Shown in pieces: positions 40,203-49,304 of a DNA stretch of 64,000 bases (its first letter is position 1; the number at the start of each line of letters is the position of its first letter). The position numbers were made by a program, and so were the translations under genes. Origin of the DNA: a virus; IMG/VR virus record IMGVR_UViG_3300023049_000574, positions 64,001-128,000 of that record. One strand, written 5' to 3'. The notes under the pieces were generated by a model. That model worked only from the letters and a program-made list of their open reading frames with translations, searched no databases and was not told the origin of the DNA.

Positions 40203-40621
40203 TGAAAAGAATTTCACCAAAATATATTAAAGAACTAAACGAAAACGAAATATTTGTTTTTGGTAGTAATGAGGGCGGTAGACACGGAAGGGGTGCTGCT
40301 AAGTTAGCCTTAGATCAATTTGGTGCTATATACGGACAAGCCGAAGGTTTACAGGGATCTTCATATGGTATTCCCACTAAAGACAAAACAGTAAAAATTA
40401 CTCTTACTACAGAAGAAATCCAAAAGTATGTTGATAATTTTATTACCTTTGCGATTGATAACAACCATTTAATATTCCTAGTAACGGAAATAGGGTGTGG
40501 TTTAGCGGGGCATGATCCAAGAGACATTGCGCCTCTGTTTAAGAAAGTGAAAAGTGTAAAAAATATTTATTTACCCGAAAGGTTTTGGGATAATTTAGAT
40601 CTCTATGAAAGTATATTATAA
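40202..40621 (+). CDS. Macrodomain-like phage protein
   Basis: IFVFGSNEGGRHGRGAA, GLQGSSYGIPT, FLVTEIGCGLAG. Confidence 0.65.
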   Translation: MKRISPKYIKELNENEIFVFGSNEGGRHGRGAAKLALDQFGAIYGQAEGLQGSSYGIPTKDKTVKITLTTEEIQKYVDNFITFAIDNNHLIFLVTEIGCGLAGHDPRDIAPLFKKVKSVKNIYLPERFWDNLDLYESIL

Positions 40622-40717
40622 AATAAAAGATGAGTTTTCGGAGTTAGATTTTTAAAAAAATAATAATTATATTTGCAAAATAATTAAACAAAAGACAAAA
40701 AGTTTTATATATAGAGT

Positions 40718-40777
40718 ATGAAAATAATTAATGTAAATAGTTCGGTATCACGTATAACTTCTAGGAGTAGAGGGTGA
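40718..40777 (+). CDS. Attenuator leader peptide 1 (MKIINVNSSVSRITSRSRG)
   Basis: 19 codons with 5 Ser (AGT, TCG, TCA, TCT, AGT) and 3 Arg (CGT, AGG, AGA); TTTTATATATA just upstream; followed by a terminator and Arg/Ser tRNAs. Confidence 0.8.
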   Translation: MKIINVNSSVSRITSRSRG

Positions 40778-40804
40778 TATTACTATGTACATAACTTATA
40801 TAGG

Positions 40805-40836
40805 AAAAGCCTTCTACTTTAGTAGAGGGCTTTTTT
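40805..40836 (+). terminator. Attenuator terminator 1
   Basis: AAAAGCCTTCTAC-TTTA-GTAGAGGGC-TTTTTT; its 5' strand can instead pair with AGTAGAGGG at 40766-40774. Confidence 0.85.
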
Positions 40837-40845
40837 CATTTATAT

Positions 40846-40925
40846 GCTCCTGTAATCGGCTCTAGCTACGAACTAGATACCCGTAATCGGAATTGAAAAT
40901 GTGGGTTCGAGTCCCCCCAGGAGTT
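40846..40925 (+). tRNA. Non-canonical tRNA-Arg(ACG), no D-arm
   Basis: Acceptor GCTCCTG/CAGGAGT; anticodon arm TCTAG-CTACGAA-CTAGA; T-loop TTCGAGT; only 8 nt between acceptor and anticodon stems. Confidence 0.65.
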
Positions 40926-40933
40926 CAAAACAC

Positions 40934-41022
40934 GGAGAGGTGGCAGAGCTTGGTTTATTGCACTAGTCTTGAAAACTAGCATACTGTAAAAGGTATCGAG
41001 GGTTCGAATCCCTCCCTCTCCG
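40934..41022 (+). tRNA. tRNA-Ser(TGA)
   Basis: GGAGAGG/CCTCTCC, G73, CTAGT-CTTGAAA-ACTAG, long variable arm, GGTTCGAATCC. Confidence 0.93.
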
Positions 41023-41027
41023 CAAAT

Positions 41028-41116
41028 AGTAGGGTGCATGAGTGGCTTAAGTGACTTGCTTGGAAAGCAAGTGATCGTGTAAAAGCGATCCGTGGGTTCG
41101 AATCCCACTCCTACTA
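41028..41116 (+). tRNA. tRNA-Ser(GGA)
   Basis: AGTAGGG/TCCTACT, CTTGC-TTGGAAA-GCAAG, long variable arm, GGTTCGAATCC. Confidence 0.9.
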
Positions 41117-41120
41117 CAAA

Positions 41121-41209
41121 GGTGAGTTGGCAGAGTGGACGATTGCGCTTGTTTGCTACACAAGTGATCGTGTAAAGGCGATCCGAGGGTTCGAATCCCT
41201 CACTCACCG
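41121..41209 (+). tRNA. tRNA-Ser(GCT)
   Basis: GGTGAGT/ACTCACC, G73, CTTGT-TTGCTAC-ACAAG; variable arm nearly identical to that of Ser(GGA). Confidence 0.92.
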
Positions 41210-41254
41210 CTAATAAACAAAAGGGTTATTATTGATATAATAATTAAAAAAGTA

Positions 41255-41569
41255 ATGGGAAATAATATTAAAAAAATAGACATTAAAGAGTTTAGAGAAA
41301 AAGGATACTTACAAGAAGTTAACCGTATGTTTTTACATCCATTGGGATTAGTATTATCAGTATCAGTTGATGATAATGCTAATGAAAAATTAGATGGTAT
41401 TTGGGATTATAGAGATGATGAAGAAGGGATCATTTATGATATAGCTAACTCAGATACAGATAGACAAAATAGATTCAAAAAGAACATATCATTCATCAGC
41501 GATGAGTTAGAAGGAAGAAAGGAAAGGAGAAAGGAAATCCTTGGCTTCGATATAGAAAAAGTAAAATAG
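41255..41569 (+). CDS. Hypothetical protein
   Basis: GYLQEVNRMFLHPLGL; AAAC-N17-TATAA at 41215-41240. Confidence 0.6.
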   Translation: MGNNIKKIDIKEFREKGYLQEVNRMFLHPLGLVLSVSVDDNANEKLDGIWDYRDDEEGIIYDIANSDTDRQNRFKKNISFISDELEGRKERRKEILGFDIEKVK

Positions 41570-41571
41570 TT

Positions 41572-42066
41572 ATGGAAGAGTATAATAAAAACACGTATGT
41601 TGAGAATATAAAGATACAAGGTTATCTCACTAAGGAATATGCTATTCATAAAAATGGGGAAGTTAGAGAAAAGATAGATCGTTTAATGGATGTAATTAAC
41701 AACCAAAGAAAAGAAAGAGATATCGAGCGTTGGGAAAATCTTAATATGGAATTCAAAGAACCATGGGATGTTCCTTCGCTTCCGAGAGATGAAGAATTAA
41801 TGAATAATTATGTAATTCCTGCATTATATAGATGTGGTGCTATAGCTAAAAAAGACTTAAAGAAAGACCATTATTATTTCGGGAAGTATAGAAACAGCAA
41901 TTATGGTAAATGGAATGGTGAAAAATTTGAAATACAAAGATATGAATGGAATGTATTAGTTGATGATGATTGTTTTCACTTCGAAGACGATGACGGATTC
42001 GCATTATTTGTTCCTATAAGAGAGGTTACTGAAAAGGAATTCTTAGATAGAGAATTAAATATATAA
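41572..42066 (+). CDS. Hypothetical protein
   Basis: ORF within a co-oriented gene run. Confidence 0.55.
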   Translation: MEEYNKNTYVENIKIQGYLTKEYAIHKNGEVREKIDRLMDVINNQRKERDIERWENLNMEFKEPWDVPSLPRDEELMNNYVIPALYRCGAIAKKDLKKDHYYFGKYRNSNYGKWNGEKFEIQRYEWNVLVDDDCFHFEDDDGFALFVPIREVTEKEFLDRELNI

Positions 42067-42083
42067 GAAAAAGAACTTTTATA

Positions 42084-42503
42084 ATGAAGAAGATAAAGAA
42101 TTTCGAAGATTTCATAAACGAATCAATATACGGTGCTGACGTAGCCGATCCTATGGTAGAAAAAGAATGGGATGATCTATACGAAGAAGCCAAAGAAGAA
42201 CCAATTAAATCTAAGATCAAAGAGATGTTAGTTGAGATATATAAAGATAAAGACACTTTAGTTAAAGTTGCAGACCTTTTTGAATGGAGTGATGGATCTA
42301 ATGGTATCATTAACTTCAATGAATTAGACCACTTTTTAACAGACGTAGGATATAAATGCTACGCAGATGATCCTTCTAATATAGAAGACCTAGAAGATTT
42401 CAAAAAATGTATCCTATATGCATATGCTTCTACGGATTTAGGATATAAAGGAGAAAAACATAGAGATCATCAATATGATCCTAATAACGAATTTTCTTGG
42501 TAA
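42084..42503 (+). CDS. Hypothetical protein with MKKIKNFEDFINE N-terminus
   Basis: Member of the N-terminal motif family. Confidence 0.6.
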   Translation: MKKIKNFEDFINESIYGADVADPMVEKEWDDLYEEAKEEPIKSKIKEMLVEIYKDKDTLVKVADLFEWSDGSNGIINFNELDHFLTDVGYKCYADDPSNIEDLEDFKKCILYAYASTDLGYKGEKHRDHQYDPNNEFSW

Positions 42504-42522
42504 TTTTTAGTACTTTTGTGTC

Positions 42523-43065
42523 ATGAACACAAAATACGTAGAAACTTATATTAATAATATTCCTTCAGACTTACCTAATATTATTAATTGGGAAGAAAGA
42601 GAAGATGCGCCTAGAAAGGAGATTTTCATGGCAAATGAGGAATTGAGTTATACCTATGGTATGGGTAGAGGAATTAGAACATATGATTCTGTACCCATGA
42701 TACCTTTTGTCAAGGATGTAATGGATAAGATCAATTCGGATTATAACTATAACTTAGATATCTGTTTCTTAAATTATTATAAAAATGAAAAAATGTGGTT
42801 GGGTTGGCACTCTGATGACAGCCCTGAGATCGATCAAACTGAACCTATTGCGGTGGTCAGCATTGGCGCAGAAAGAGATATTTGGGTAAAGACTAAAGAC
42901 TATAAAGGAGTCATTCCTGATGAATGGAGATTTAACCTGAAAAGTGGATCTTTATTCATGATGTTAGCAGGATTTCAAGATAATCATTTACATAAAATTC
43001 CTAAATGGGATAAGAAATGTGATTGGAGAACATCATTAACATTCAGGAAATATAAGAAAATTTAA
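42523..43065 (+). CDS. alkB: AlkB-family 2OG-Fe(II) dioxygenase
   Basis: CFLNYY, GWHSDD, SIGAER, HKIPK, RTSLTFR. Confidence 0.88.
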   Translation: MNTKYVETYINNIPSDLPNIINWEEREDAPRKEIFMANEELSYTYGMGRGIRTYDSVPMIPFVKDVMDKINSDYNYNLDICFLNYYKNEKMWLGWHSDDSPEIDQTEPIAVVSIGAERDIWVKTKDYKGVIPDEWRFNLKSGSLFMMLAGFQDNHLHKIPKWDKKCDWRTSLTFRKYKKI

Positions 43066-43088
43066 TACTTTTTTCTTATATTTGTACC

Positions 43089-43490
43089 ATGGACATACTA
43101 TTAGACTACACAGGAGAGAAAGGAATCGGCTTTAAAGCTGCTAACTTTTACTTAGAAAACGATCAATCTATCTTCTTGTTAGGATATGATACGTTAGCTG
43201 ATTTATATGTAGTGCTGAATATCAAAGAGAATAACGAAAAGTTCTATTGGTGTCAATGTAAGATTTTCAGAGATGAGAAACACTATGAAGAAATCATCAA
43301 TAATCTAACTCCCGATTCTTTACATCAAGTGACTTCTGTATATCAAGATGGATATCCTGATGGGTTTTTTGATAACGTTAATAAAGTTAATTCACAGAAA
43401 TTGGATTACTTCCTTACTGATTCGACATTAGAACAATACAACTATCTAAAAGATGCGGATTTATATCTAGAACATAGTTATAGTAAGTAG
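43089..43490 (+). CDS. Hypothetical protein
   Basis: TATATTTG at 43077-43084. Confidence 0.55.
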   Translation: MDILLDYTGEKGIGFKAANFYLENDQSIFLLGYDTLADLYVVLNIKENNEKFYWCQCKIFRDEKHYEEIINNLTPDSLHQVTSVYQDGYPDGFFDNVNKVNSQKLDYFLTDSTLEQYNYLKDADLYLEHSYSK

Positions 43491-43683
43491 AACTATTAAA
43501 ACCAAGTTTATAATGTGTTTAAAGGTGATAATTTTTTGATTGGTAACAAGCATAAATTCAGGGAAGTAAAATGCTATGTTGATTAACTATTACTAATGTT
43601 TGAATATAAATAATAATGGTTATATTTGTATAAATTATAATAAAAGGTGCAACATTATAATATAATAAACTTTATATAATATT

Positions 43684-44031
43684 ATGACTTTTTTAACTTT
43701 TTTACACACATTAATAGATATTTTCCTACTTATTGTAGCACCTTTGATGATACTTTCATACGAAGTATTAACGTTCAGTGATAAGATAATAGGAAAGACT
43801 AATGAGGACGGAGTAGTTTCGCCTTTTTATTCTATGTGCGAATCTATGTATTTGTTATGGATTGTAATGGCTTATTTGTTCTTAGAGAATAGAAACGCAG
43901 TAATAATATTAGTGTTAATCAGTATTTTAGGAATCTTCTTTGGGAAGTATAAAGCCTTTAATATCTTTGATAATATCTTATCTATAATAATAGTACTTTA
44001 TGTAGTAATATTGAACTTTAAATATTTTTAA
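43684..44031 (+). CDS. Multi-TM membrane protein
   Basis: About four hydrophobic helices. Confidence 0.55.
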   Translation: MTFLTFLHTLIDIFLLIVAPLMILSYEVLTFSDKIIGKTNEDGVVSPFYSMCESMYLLWIVMAYLFLENRNAVIILVLISILGIFFGKYKAFNIFDNILSIIIVLYVVILNFKYF

Positions 44032-44049
44032 ACTAAGAACCTAGAAAAC

Positions 44050-44649
44050 ATGATTACAAGTATATCGAAAGAATTGAACCCAATTGAAATACCTTTCTTT
44101 GAGGGTGAGGTTAGTATGCTACCTTTTGATTTAAGTGATTTATCAACTCTACCTATAGAGTTTAGACAGACAGCAAAACAAATGATTAAAAACTTACCGA
44201 ATAAGGTAGGAGAGGCGTTCTTAACTATACATGGAAAGTTTGTTAAAAAAACTAAAACATTAAGACGTGGCGCACCCCATATCGATGGTAACTATTTAAA
44301 AGAAGTTGCTTCTTGGGGAAATGGTGGTGGAAACGGATGGAAGGTCGGTGAAAATGGTATGCAGTTAACAAGTAAAGAACACGCTATTTCTTACGAGAAT
44401 AAGAAAGGTGGGATGTTAATTGCTTCTGATTACTCGGCTTGTAAAGGATGGAATGGTGTATTTAATGATAAAGCAGGAGTCGGAGGCGATTGTAGCCATT
44501 TAAACTTAGATGATGGTTTTATGTTAGAAGCTAATAAAGTATATTATAGTAACTCTCAGTTCGTACATGAAAGTCTACCATTAGATAAAGACGTACATAG
44601 AGTTATGTATAGAATCACATTACCTATTGAACACGAATTTAAAGCATAG
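44050..44649 (+). CDS. 2OG-Fe(II) oxygenase-like protein
   Basis: RRGAPHIDG ... VHES ... HRVMYRI. Confidence 0.65.
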   Translation: MITSISKELNPIEIPFFEGEVSMLPFDLSDLSTLPIEFRQTAKQMIKNLPNKVGEAFLTIHGKFVKKTKTLRRGAPHIDGNYLKEVASWGNGGGNGWKVGENGMQLTSKEHAISYENKKGGMLIASDYSACKGWNGVFNDKAGVGGDCSHLNLDDGFMLEANKVYYSNSQFVHESLPLDKDVHRVMYRITLPIEHEFKA

Positions 44650-44653
44650 TAAT

Positions 44654-45010
44654 ATGAAAGTAACAATAGATAGAACGTTTAATTATGGTTTTAGGCAAAT
44701 ATGGCTCAGAAAGGATTTTGAGCTTCCCTACACCCCTTTCTATGGTATGTGGATCATAGATCAAGATAATGACCAAGAAATCAGTTTAGAACTAGTTAAT
44801 AACAGCTATGTAGCTACTATGATCAACTATTACCCAACAGAAGAAAAAACTACTATTGATATTAGGGAGGTTTGGAAACAGCCTGTAACAGAAGAAACAG
44901 TTGATGATATATTAGAAAGTTATACTAAGGCGGGTTGGGAAAGAATGGATCTTACTGATGCTGAGGAAATGAAAGAATTTATGCACGAACAATATTTAAA
45001 AACCAAGTAA
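44654..45010 (+). CDS. Hypothetical protein
   Basis: Start MKVTID. Confidence 0.55.
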   Translation: MKVTIDRTFNYGFRQIWLRKDFELPYTPFYGMWIIDQDNDQEISLELVNNSYVATMINYYPTEEKTTIDIREVWKQPVTEETVDDILESYTKAGWERMDLTDAEEMKEFMHEQYLKTK

Positions 45011-45567
45011 TGGGAAAATTAGACATAAGAATGGATGAAATACTTGATAGTATTTCTGAAAACGGAATAAATAATTTATCAAAAGAAGATAAGTTATTTT
45101 TAAAATATGAATCAGATGGAATGGATTATCAAAGTATAATCTATAAAATACATATAGAACTTAATCCTAAAGCAGAAGAAGAAAGGAAGATTAGTAATGA
45201 TATACTTAATATTTGTTTTCCTACTCCTGAGGAAGAAGGAACAACAGAGGATGAATTTCTTTATCGTTATAAATTGAGTGGTAAAATATATGCTTCTCTT
45301 GGTGAGAATTGGACTGAGGGGGAATATGATTTTAATTTAGGTCCTTCAACAACGAGAAACAAGTTGAGTGATGCTATTTTTATTGACGAATATTTAAAAG
45401 ATATTTGCCGAAAAATAAACATTAGTGAAAACACATTTGATGTTGGTATCGCTGAAAACGTTCATATGATATATGCTAATTCTGAGGACGAAGCTAAAAA
45501 AATAATTGGTCTTATTTTAAAGGAGATCAAAGCTGATGGATTTGAAATTGAATACGCAAAGACATGA
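45010..45567 (+). CDS. Hypothetical protein with N-terminal DUF6576-like motif
   Basis: MDEILDSISENGINNLSKEDKLFL. Confidence 0.55.
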   Translation: MGKLDIRMDEILDSISENGINNLSKEDKLFLKYESDGMDYQSIIYKIHIELNPKAEEERKISNDILNICFPTPEEEGTTEDEFLYRYKLSGKIYASLGENWTEGEYDFNLGPSTTRNKLSDAIFIDEYLKDICRKINISENTFDVGIAENVHMIYANSEDEAKKIIGLILKEIKADGFEIEYAKT

Positions 45568-45920
45568 TAAGAGAAGACTCAAAATATGTAGTTAAAGATC
45601 TTGGTTTAAAAGATATTGAATATTATGATGCTACTATCGATTATAAAACTAAACTAATCGCTTTGATTAAGTTTATCAGTGATAAAAAGGCTTGGTATTA
45701 TATATGTGATGATTTTATTGTAGCTTATCATAAGAAAGAAGGTATAGTGATTAGTACAAGTGATGTAGTAGATTCGTTATCTATTCCCGATATTAGGAAT
45801 AAGCTATCCCCTATTACACATATGATCTCTTTGTTGAAGATAGATAATTGTCCTCAGGGATATATTAAGGATTCAATTAAGTCAGCAGAGAAGGCAGTAA
45901 AAGATTTAGCACAGTTTTAG
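45564..45920 (+). CDS. Hypothetical protein; C-terminus weakly HisKA-like (DIRNKLSPI, no His)
   Basis: ORF within a co-oriented gene run. Confidence 0.5.
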   Translation: MIREDSKYVVKDLGLKDIEYYDATIDYKTKLIALIKFISDKKAWYYICDDFIVAYHKKEGIVISTSDVVDSLSIPDIRNKLSPITHMISLLKIDNCPQGYIKDSIKSAEKAVKDLAQF

Positions 45921-45968
45921 TAAACTTTTGATAAGTTTTTCAATAAGATATTTAAAAGAAATATAGAT

Positions 45969-46541
45969 TTGGAACTACTTATTATTACAGGAATGCCCTA
46001 TTCGGGAAAAGGCACACAATGCGAATTTTTAAACGACTACTTAGGATATAAGCATATCTCTATGGGAGATGTTTGTAGAGCAGAAAAAGAAAAAGGAACA
46101 GAACTCGGTAGAATAATGTCTGAGTATCATGAAAAGGGTAACTTAGTTCCTAATAAATATATCGAAGAAATATTTGAAAATCTTATTATAGATAATATTG
46201 ATGAAAAAGGAATCATCTTAGATGGACACCCTAGAACACTTTCACAAGTAGATCAGATAGTTAGTATGATCGATAAAATTCACGTACAGAACGTAATCAA
46301 TATTGATGTTGAAGAAACAACTCTTTTAGAAAGAGCTAAAGAACGAGCTAAAAATTCTGATCGCCCTGATGATAAAAACCCCGCCATTCATCTAAAGCGA
46401 ATAGAAGTATTTAAAGAAAGCACTCTACCTGCAGTTGAATATATGAGTAAAATAATGCCATTTGTGAACATTGATGGTAATGGATCAGTTGAAGAAACAA
46501 GAGAGAAGATAAAAGAAAACATATTTATCTTTGAGGATTAA
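45969..46541 (+). CDS. adk: Adenylate kinase (short LID)
   Basis: GMPYSGKGTQ, HISMGD, ILDGHPRTLSQ, RPDD; TTG start. Confidence 0.9.
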   Translation: MELLIITGMPYSGKGTQCEFLNDYLGYKHISMGDVCRAEKEKGTELGRIMSEYHEKGNLVPNKYIEEIFENLIIDNIDEKGIILDGHPRTLSQVDQIVSMIDKIHVQNVINIDVEETTLLERAKERAKNSDRPDDKNPAIHLKRIEVFKESTLPAVEYMSKIMPFVNIDGNGSVEETREKIKENIFIFED

Positions 46542-46551
46542 TATATACTCT

Positions 46552-47364
46552 ATGAAGTATATAAATAAATTCAATGAAAAGGTAACCGCAGCATTATTAC
46601 CCACTGAACTAAGACATAAAAACCTTTTATATCATTCTACTGATTTAGAATCATTTAAGAAAATCATAGAAAGTGATAAATTATACGGAACAGTTCAGTA
46701 TGATTGGGGCATATCTACTTCTAGAAATAAACATTATGCTTTTGGGAGAAACGACACTGATTATGATGTGATACATGACGGTGGTGATGTTCAATTAATA
46801 TTAGATCGAGATTTAGTTAAAAGACACCATAAAATAAAGGCTTATGATTGGGAAGAATTTAAAACAACTAAAGGTAAAACAGGTGTATATCATGATTATA
46901 TACAAGCAGAAGATAAGATATTAGCTAATTCATTAAAAAATGTAACGAAATATATAGTAGGTATTCATATAGTTAAAGACAAATTTATTGATGATATATT
47001 TGAAGACCCAATTATTAAAGACAAACTTTTAAGTAAGGATATAGTTGTGTTTAATGAAGATTGGGAAATAATATTTAATAGCAAAGTTAAAAATACTGAT
47101 ACCGAATTCGAAAAAATTAAAGATTCTAAATTCAATAGATTACCTGATTTAACTTTATCGGAAATAGTAAATAATTGGGATGACGTTAAAGACATAGAAG
47201 ATGATAATATTGAAACTATTAAATATTATGTAGACAACAAAGAACTATTACCTAAACAAATTCTAACATATGACAAAAAGGGATTATCTGATGGTTATCA
47301 TAGACTGATAGCTATGAAGATAGTAGGTGTAGATAAGTTTAGGTATAAAATTGATAATTGGTAA
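46552..47364 (+). CDS. ART-fold-like protein with C-terminal ParB-like motif and MKYINKFNE N-terminus
   Basis: LYHST...GISTSR...QAED; C-terminal LSDGYHRL; TAATATATA at 46539. Confidence 0.5.
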   Translation: MKYINKFNEKVTAALLPTELRHKNLLYHSTDLESFKKIIESDKLYGTVQYDWGISTSRNKHYAFGRNDTDYDVIHDGGDVQLILDRDLVKRHHKIKAYDWEEFKTTKGKTGVYHDYIQAEDKILANSLKNVTKYIVGIHIVKDKFIDDIFEDPIIKDKLLSKDIVVFNEDWEIIFNSKVKNTDTEFEKIKDSKFNRLPDLTLSEIVNNWDDVKDIEDDNIETIKYYVDNKELLPKQILTYDKKGLSDGYHRLIAMKIVGVDKFRYKIDNW

Positions 47365-47385
47365 TTAATTCTTATATTTGTTTTT

Positions 47386-47700
47386 ATGAAAGTATATATA
47401 GCAAGTCCTTACACTAAGGGCGACACTGCAATAAACGTTAAACGACAATTAGATACATTTGATATACTAATGGATAAGGGATATTTTCCTTTTGCTCCAT
47501 TGTATAGTCATTTCCAACATATGGCACACCCAAGACCATACGAAGATTGGATGACATATGATTTAGAATGGATATTAGTGTGTGATTGTGTACTACGTTT
47601 AGATGGCGAAAGTAGTGGTGCGGATAGAGAAGTCGCACATGCTAAAGAACACGGAATCCCCGTGTATTATTCATTAGAAGAATTATACGCAGCTACTTAA
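47386..47700 (+). CDS. DUF4406/nucleoside 2-deoxyribosyltransferase-like protein
   Basis: VYIASPY...CDCVLRLDGESSGADREV. Confidence 0.7.
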   Translation: MKVYIASPYTKGDTAINVKRQLDTFDILMDKGYFPFAPLYSHFQHMAHPRPYEDWMTYDLEWILVCDCVLRLDGESSGADREVAHAKEHGIPVYYSLEELYAAT

Positions 47701-48122
47701 TGGATCTAACTAAATATAATAACGATCTAAGTGATGTCACTGATTATTTATCAGAACTAGGATTATCTAAGTTAAAGGATAAACATGATGGTAGATACAA
47801 TAAATATAGTGTTCCTAAAGCAGACTTCGAAATACATGTATATAGTTTTATAAAGCAAGGTGACTCAGATTTATTTAAATATTGTGGTGATGAATTATTA
47901 ACTTTAGATATTGTTAGAAGGTTCATGAATATAAGTCATGAAGAATCCAAAGAATTCACAAAAGATATTAAAAGAGATATCCATATCATTAATATAATAC
48001 CTAAAGGATCTAGAGCAGGAATGGTTACTATAACCAATCTAGAAGATTTAGATAACTACTTAGTGGAATATATTCCTTTTTATAAAAGGGATACTAGAAT
48101 AAATAATATTTTAAAATTATAA
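47700..48122 (+). CDS. Hypothetical protein with RD tag
   Basis: Ends RDTRINNILKL. Confidence 0.55.
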   Translation: MDLTKYNNDLSDVTDYLSELGLSKLKDKHDGRYNKYSVPKADFEIHVYSFIKQGDSDLFKYCGDELLTLDIVRRFMNISHEESKEFTKDIKRDIHIINIIPKGSRAGMVTITNLEDLDNYLVEYIPFYKRDTRINNILKL

Positions 48123-48800
48123 ATGGATTTTTTCAAATTAATTTCAAGAGAAAATGTAGGTAAGACTTTCCATATTAAGTTCTTACCCGCTATTGGATCA
48201 GATGATATAATAGATAACTATCCTGTACCTTTTGGTAAGTATCATAAACAAATATACGTTTCTAATGCTATGGTTAACGGAGAGTTTAAACAACTTGTAT
48301 ATAATCAAGTGATGAGGGACTTTTTACAAATATTCTTTCTTGGGACGAGGGGATATATCATCCATCCTGATCCTGAAAAATTAGATTGTGATATAACATA
48401 TAATCATCATAGAATAAATACTACTCTTGAAAACGTATATTTAGATTTAGAGAATAGATATGATGTTACAAGAGATGAGTTAATATATGTTGACTATCCT
48501 GATAATGTACACCCATTTAATATATTATATCCTGCTAATAATGAATATATAATTAATCCTTATAGCTTTAAACTTACTGTAAGGGAGATAACTCTTTTTG
48601 GAACAAGTGGTTTATTAGATTTGGGAAAAATCGAAACGGTTAAATATGATCCTAATTTAATAATTAAAGATCAGAGTGATTCTACTATTAACGAAGCAAA
48701 CGATTTTATGAAAAGCAAACCTAGTTTAGAAGGATTGGCTAAGTATTATGTGGAAGCATACCACAGAGATAAATTCATCGATGATGTTTTAGAAGGTTAA
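48123..48800 (+). CDS. Hypothetical protein with RD tag
   Basis: Ends RDKFIDDVLEG. Confidence 0.55.
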   Translation: MDFFKLISRENVGKTFHIKFLPAIGSDDIIDNYPVPFGKYHKQIYVSNAMVNGEFKQLVYNQVMRDFLQIFFLGTRGYIIHPDPEKLDCDITYNHHRINTTLENVYLDLENRYDVTRDELIYVDYPDNVHPFNILYPANNEYIINPYSFKLTVREITLFGTSGLLDLGKIETVKYDPNLIIKDQSDSTINEANDFMKSKPSLEGLAKYYVEAYHRDKFIDDVLEG

Positions 48801-49045
48801 TTAGAATAAGATATGATGAAAAAGATACTATTAAAAAATATCTTAAAAATTTATTGAATATTAAATAAATTTTCTTATATTTACAGTCCTAATAAAAAGA
48901 GGTAAAGTAGAAACTTCTTATTCTGACTTTTTAATAAGGAGGAATATTGTATAGAATGCTAGAGTAAACTAGAAATCTCTTTTTATTTTTAAACTTTATT
49001 ATATTTACATCCTATAAGGAGAAGAAAACTTTTATATATACAACA

Positions 49046-49117
49046 ATGACAACATTAAATAACATAGCAATTATAGCGAGAGCGAGAGCTTTTAACAGAC
49101 CCCGAATTGGAGTGTGA
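49046..49117 (+). CDS. Attenuator leader peptide 2 (MTTLNNIAIIARARAFNRPRIGV)
   Basis: 23 codons including the run ATA GCA ATT ATA GCG AGA GCG AGA GCT; TTTTATATATA upstream; followed by a terminator and Ile/Arg/Ala tRNAs. Confidence 0.8.
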   Translation: MTTLNNIAIIARARAFNRPRIGV

Positions 49118-49140
49118 CTATAATTAATATGTCAATTTTT

Positions 49141-49179
49141 AAAACCTCAATTCGGATTTCCGAGTTGAGGTTTTTTTTT
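49141..49179 (+). terminator. Attenuator terminator 2
   Basis: AAAACCTCAATTCGG-ATTT-CCGAGTTGAGG-T9; CAATTCGG can instead pair with CCGAATTG at 49102-49109. Confidence 0.88.
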
Positions 49180-49219
49180 GTTATAGATCATCGGGTCGCA
49201 AATTGCGACCACAATAAAT

Positions 49220-49296
49220 ACTGACGTATCCCCGATGTCTTATATACATCATGAAGGTAGCGGTTGAAAACGTGGGTTCGAATCCCACCGTCAGTA
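49220..49296 (+). tRNA. Non-canonical tRNA-Ile(TAT), no D-arm
   Basis: ACTGACG/CGTCAGT, A73, GATGT-CTTATAT-ACATC, GTGGG-TTCGAAT-CCCAC. Confidence 0.7.
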
Positions 49297-49304
49297 CAAA
49301 ATAT

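Noticed and set aside
40780-40845. T-box riboswitch as the tRNA-sensing element
   Set aside because: No T-box consensus or stem I seen; leader ORF plus antiterminator explains the region better.
40866-41207. 113-aa minus-strand ORF
   Set aside because: Antisense shadow of the tRNA cluster (GFEP motifs are reverse-read T-arms).
45564-45920. Histidine kinase
   Set aside because: The HisKA-like helix lacks the phospho-accepting His and there is no ATPase domain.
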